Positions 17,490-19,315 of a stretch of DNA of 19,315 bases are shown here, in pieces (positions within the stretch are counted from its first letter, which is position 1; each line of letters starts with the position of its first letter). The notes under the pieces were generated by a model. That model was not told where the DNA came from. It searched no databases and saw only the letters and a list, made by a program, of their open reading frames with translations. The translations under genes and the position numbers were made by a program. The stretch is from Bacteriovoracaceae bacterium. GTDB taxonomy: Bacteria > Bdellovibrionota > Bacteriovoracia > Bacteriovoracales > Bacteriovoracaceae. The stretch lies in NCBI GenBank assembly GCA_041586955.1, contig JBFGZE010000069.1, forward strand, positions 1 through 19,315, read 5' to 3'.

Positions 17490-17972
17490 ATGTCGCTTTT
17501 AAGAAGAAGTCCAACTAATATTCCCATTAAAATGTCACCGAATACTTTTCCTGTTCAAAATTTACAATCGCAGCTCAATTCTTTTTTTAATAGTTTCTGG
17601 AATGATATGGATATGCCCCTCTTACCAGAAATGCGGACCACTGAATTTTCACCAGCTATTGACTATCATGAAACAGATGCAGGCTATATCATTGAAACTG
17701 AATTAGCAGGTGTTGATAAAAAAGATGTTGATATCTCTCTTTACGACAATATATTGACAATAAAGGGAGAAAAGAAACACGAAGAAGAACAAAACAAAAA
17801 TGATATGTATCGGCTAGAGAGAACGTACGGCTCCTTCTGTCGTACTATCCCTTTCCCACAAAAAATTAATCCTGATACAGTCAAGGCCATGTTCAAAAAT
17901 GGAGTCCTCAAAATCACTCTTGATAAATCAACTGAAAACCTCGATAAGCAGAAAAAAATTAGTATTCAATAG
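17490..17972 (+). CDS. Small heat-shock protein, Hsp20/alpha-crystallin family
   Basis: PAIDYHET...ELAGVDKKDVDISL..LTIKGEK...ERTYGSFCRTIPFP...VKAMFKNGVLKITL. GGAGG SD favours ATG 17490 over GTG 17487. Confidence 0.93.
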   Translation: MSLLRRSPTNIPIKMSPNTFPVQNLQSQLNSFFNSFWNDMDMPLLPEMRTTEFSPAIDYHETDAGYIIETELAGVDKKDVDISLYDNILTIKGEKKHEEEQNKNDMYRLERTYGSFCRTIPFPQKINPDTVKAMFKNGVLKITLDKSTENLDKQKKISIQ

Positions 17973-17975
17973 CTC

Positions 17976-18010
17976 AAATGGCCAGAGGGTTAACCTTCTG
18001 GCCATTTATT
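17976..18010 (+). terminator. Intrinsic terminator or stabilising hairpin between hsp20 and the CBS gene
   Basis: AAATGGCCAGAGGG-TTAA-CCTTCTGGCCATTT, a 14-bp stem with one G-U pair, 3 nt after the hsp20 stop; the right arm ends in TTT followed by ATT. Confidence 0.7.
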
Positions 18011-18025
18011 AAGAGGTGCTCACAC

Positions 18026-18427
18026 GTGGAAAAGGAAATCTCTATTCAGCGCTTTATTGTCAAAGATCCAAAAACGATAGATATCGATAATAATCTCAAG
18101 TTTGCTCTAGGCATAATGCATGAATATAATATCCGCCATCTCCCCGTCGTCGATAAAATTCAAGTCCGAGGAATATTAACACTGCGAGATATCCGCCTAG
18201 TGCAGAGTTTAGATCATGAAAAACTCGAAAACATATCAGTGGAAGAGGTTTTTATTCCAGACGTCTATAAAGTGGAAATTACAGATCCACTCGAAGATGT
18301 TTGTTATATTATGGCCGAAAATCGATTTAGCTGCGCTCTAGTTATGAAACAGGGTGACTTAGTTGGAATCTTTACCTGGATAGATGCCCTTAAAGTCTTA
18401 GGAGATATTATTTCTAAACGCCCTTAA
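18026..18427 (+). CDS. CBS-domain pair protein (AcuB-like, stand-alone)
   Basis: IRHLPVVD...VRGILTLRDI and CALVMKQGDLVGIFTWIDAL. GTG at 18026 follows the AAGAGGTG SD (18011-18018). The ATG at 17978 lies inside the hairpin. Confidence 0.88.
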   Translation: MEKEISIQRFIVKDPKTIDIDNNLKFALGIMHEYNIRHLPVVDKIQVRGILTLRDIRLVQSLDHEKLENISVEEVFIPDVYKVEITDPLEDVCYIMAENRFSCALVMKQGDLVGIFTWIDALKVLGDIISKRP

Positions 18428-18442
18428 AATCGACAAGACGGC

Positions 18443-18874
18443 CTATTCGTTCATTTTCTTTCGAACCATGGCATCAATAGAGTATCGGCCTGCACCAAGT
18501 GCAAAAATAATGAGAAAACTAAAGAAATAAACGAGACCTAATTCTTTTTTCGCAAAGGGGTCACTCCCATGCCTAATGAAAACGGCGACGGCCATGGTAC
18601 ACATCAACATTAAGGAACTAAAGCGAGTCATCAGCCCAAGTGATACAAATAATGCTCCAAGAAATTCACTAAGGGCCGCACTCCAAGCAAAAAAAGCGGG
18701 AATAGGGAAACCCATTGAACCGATGGCCCCAATAAAGCCATCCGCAGGGGGAAGCTTTCCCATCCCATGACTGAATGCCATAAAAAGGCCCAAAAAAATT
18801 CGTCCTATCAAAAGACCTAGATTAGCAACAGGGCCACTTATCGATGCCCCCGAGAAAAGAAAATTTGTTAGCAT
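18443..18874 (-). CDS. DoxX family membrane protein
   Basis: LLIGRIFLG..M..HG..KL, AALSEFLG...LGLMTR, KELGLVY, GAGRYSID; four TM segments. GGGAG SD upstream. Confidence 0.9.
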   Translation of the reverse strand: MLTNFLFSGASISGPVANLGLLIGRIFLGLFMAFSHGMGKLPPADGFIGAIGSMGFPIPAFFAWSAALSEFLGALFVSLGLMTRFSSLMLMCTMAVAVFIRHGSDPFAKKELGLVYFFSFLIIFALGAGRYSIDAMVRKKMNE

Positions 18875-19315
18875 AATAGTCTCCCTGCTAGAATTTTGAT
18901 TTACGGTATCATTATTTTTTATAAAATTGAATGCAAGACACTATCTATTTTCTGGTCCACAAAAAAAAATTACAATATCAGCATACACGTAATGGCAGTA
19001 GAAATAAAGAGCTGGATCGAGTGGTTGATGATTAAATCCTAAACAAAAAATGAGAAAAAGTATCAAGCCTTTTTATTAATTATACGATTATTAATTATAA
19101 ATTTTGTTACTCATGAACGATAATGCCATTGCTTAGAGGGTGACAAATTTTTGTTAAAAACTCATTAAGTTTTCCACAAATCGTTTTCAATTCTGTGGTC
19201 ATTAAATGTTCATTTTTTTCAACTTTTGGCCTTTCATGATTAAAGAGTAAACGTTAATGAGTTTCTTTGATTTCATTATCGCTATCTTGTGTCTCCATTA
19301 AAAAACACGAGCCAA

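Noticed and set aside
8516..18770. Other short antisense or shifted ORFs inside carAB, pyrF, Na/Pi, ftsH and doxX
   Set aside because: Typical antisense shadows of well-conserved genes.
16971..19178. DnaA-box-like 9-mers (TGTGGATTA at 17164, TATTTCACA at 17062, TTTTCCACA at 19170) as oriC
   Set aside because: Few, scattered and mostly mismatched, with no dnaA/gidA context or clear unwinding element.
1..19315. rRNA, tRNA, CRISPR arrays, IS elements, integrases
   Set aside because: No cloverleaf or T-loop motifs in spacers, no regularly spaced repeats, and no transposase or recombinase ORFs were seen.

Overview
Bacterial chromosomal window of roughly 40% GC (estimated by eye). Protein style and gene content suggest a Bdellovibrionota/Bacteriovoracia-like organism; this is an inference. 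The left part holds the 3' end of a large hypothetical gene, an LRR-only protein, a secreted hypothetical, a YkgJ-type Cys-cluster protein, a FlbD-like small protein, mtgA with a coupled secreted partner, a GmhB-like HAD phosphatase and an orphan PD-(D/E)XK nuclease-like gene. The centre is a pyrimidine operon: pyrB, a single fused carA-carB gene, and pyrF. The right part holds a Na/Pi cotransporter coupled to an FtsH, divergent from Hsp20 and a CBS-pair protein, followed by DoxX. No rRNA, tRNA, CRISPR or mobile element was seen. The most notable signal is the palindrome GGCC, about 150 sites by hand count versus about 30 expected. Its single-transition neighbour AGCC/GGCT is almost absent wherever conversion to GGCC would be silent, while GGTC/GACC is not depleted in that way. 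This looks like a very-short-patch-repair-like mutational signature. The same window encodes a HaeIII-like nuclease with no methyltransferase beside it, a candidate (unproven) component of a GGCC-directed repair or epigenetic system.
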